A stretch of 64,000 bases of DNA from Octopus bimaculoides (taxonomy: Eukaryota), in the NCBI RefSeq assembly GCF_001194135.2, contig NC_068983.1:99005420-99069419 (forward strand). Direction: 5' to 3'. The notes below the pieces were generated by a model. The model saw nothing but the letters and a program-made list of their open reading frames with translations. It had not been told where the DNA came from and searched no databases. A program made the translations under genes and the position numbers. Positions 62,884 to 64,000 of this stretch are shown one piece after another; position 1 is the first letter of the stretch, and each line of letters begins with the position of its first letter.

Positions 62884-63282
62884 TGACTGTGTGGTAATAA
62901 ACTTACTTCACAATGACATGGTTCTGGGTTCAGTCCCACTGCGTGACATCTTGGGCAAGTGTCTTCTACTATAGCTTCGGGCCGACCAAAGCCTTGTGAG
63001 TGGATTTGGTAGACGGGAACTGAAAGAAGCCTGTCATATATATATGAATATATTTATATGTGTGTGTCTTTGTTTGTCCCCCACCATCATCGTTTGACAA
63101 CCGATATTGGTGTGTTTATGTTCCCGTAACGTAGCGGTTCGGCAAAAGAGACCGGTAGTATAAGTTCTAGGGCTTACAAAGAATAAGTCGTGGGGTCGAT
63201 TTGTTCGACAAAAAAACCCTTTAAGACAGTGCTCCAGTATGGCCGCAGTCATATGACTGAAACAAGTAAAAGAATAAAGAAA
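62884..63282 (+). mobile_element. Full-length family A SINE with retained CpGs
   Basis: tRNA-like head, core, microsatellite, second half and CR1-like tail; 15 CpGs counted. Confidence 0.9.
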
Positions 63283-64000
63283 GCAAGCTATTGCAAGCTC
63301 TTGTAAAATAGATGTTGTAGAAAGGTGGATTTTTGCCCTTTTATTTTCGTTGTTAAATGGTCTTAGTATGACATTGTCACGCTGTCTTAACGTCACAAAG
63401 CGACATTGTCGTACTGGCTCGTTGTCAAATTGCTACAATATAATCTTATTACATTGAGGCATTGCGATATTTCCATTTTATTAATCATGTAGACGCTATT
63501 CATTACTTTTTTTTCTTCATAGCATCATTAACACCGTCCCTTAAATCGGGAATATTCATTTGCATCATGTGTGACTTATGAACGACTTGGTAAACGTTCT
63601 TTATCTAGGGAGGGCAATTCAGACGGTGTTTATTGGACAGAGAGAAATACTGTACTAGACCAATGATCCGACAAGCTTGTGACTGGAAACGTTCAAGATT
63701 TTTGGATTTTCCGGTTTTCTAGAGACGGTCTAAAAATATACTTAAAATATAAAATAAACTATGAAAAGTAAAGAACTAAATTGTGTGAATAAGATTCAAA
63801 TTAATACACTTCTAAAGCAGGATCTGTTTGATATGTATTAATCCGCTTAAAATTCTTGAAATATATCAGGATGAAAATTAAAAGAAGAAAAGTAAAGAAC
63901 ATGATTTTATTTAACAGATAGGTACAAATTAATACAATTCTGAAGCAGAGTAGCTTTAATCCCTATCAATCAACGTAATAAATGTAAAGAATACAAATAT

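Overview
AT-rich, microsatellite- and repeat-dense eukaryotic genomic DNA with about a dozen N gaps. It is most consistent with a coleoid cephalopod (Octopus-like repeat landscape; inference). The main host feature is a minus-strand, intron-rich gene reconstructed by hand from splice sites and codon phases: coding exons 24877-24974, 14685-14953, 13232-13357, 8418-9020, 5921-6004, 4710-4793 and probably 4485-4492. It also has a stop-containing 5'UTR exon at 26290-26349 and a likely promoter near 58.6-59.0 kb. The predicted ~423-aa product has an N-terminal transmembrane helix, Cys-Cys plus a polybasic stop-transfer segment, and a long low-complexity Tyr-rich cytosolic tail with a clathrin-box-like LLDLE. 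It ends in a tandemly duplicated, synonymously diverged 28-codon exon (QKVTTQAFEFLDxYLSDD), reached through a GC-AG intron. I do not recognise the family. A possible terminal exon of a convergent plus-strand gene lies at ~1.9 kb. The rest is transposon-derived: RTE, CR1-like and Penelope retroelement remnants, a Helitron with both precise ends, hAT/piggyBac/mariner/pogo-type MITEs, a maT/Tc1-like transposase relic and at least four tRNA-headed SINE families. Highlights include three repeat types with minimal hammerhead-ribozyme architecture (one fused to a tRNA/Pol III head), a perfect 50-bp inverted repeat containing AATAAA in the putative 3'UTR, a G.U-biased intronic hairpin at 46.2 kb and a sharp CpG-decay boundary at ~57 kb. 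No true tRNA, rRNA or CRISPR array was found.
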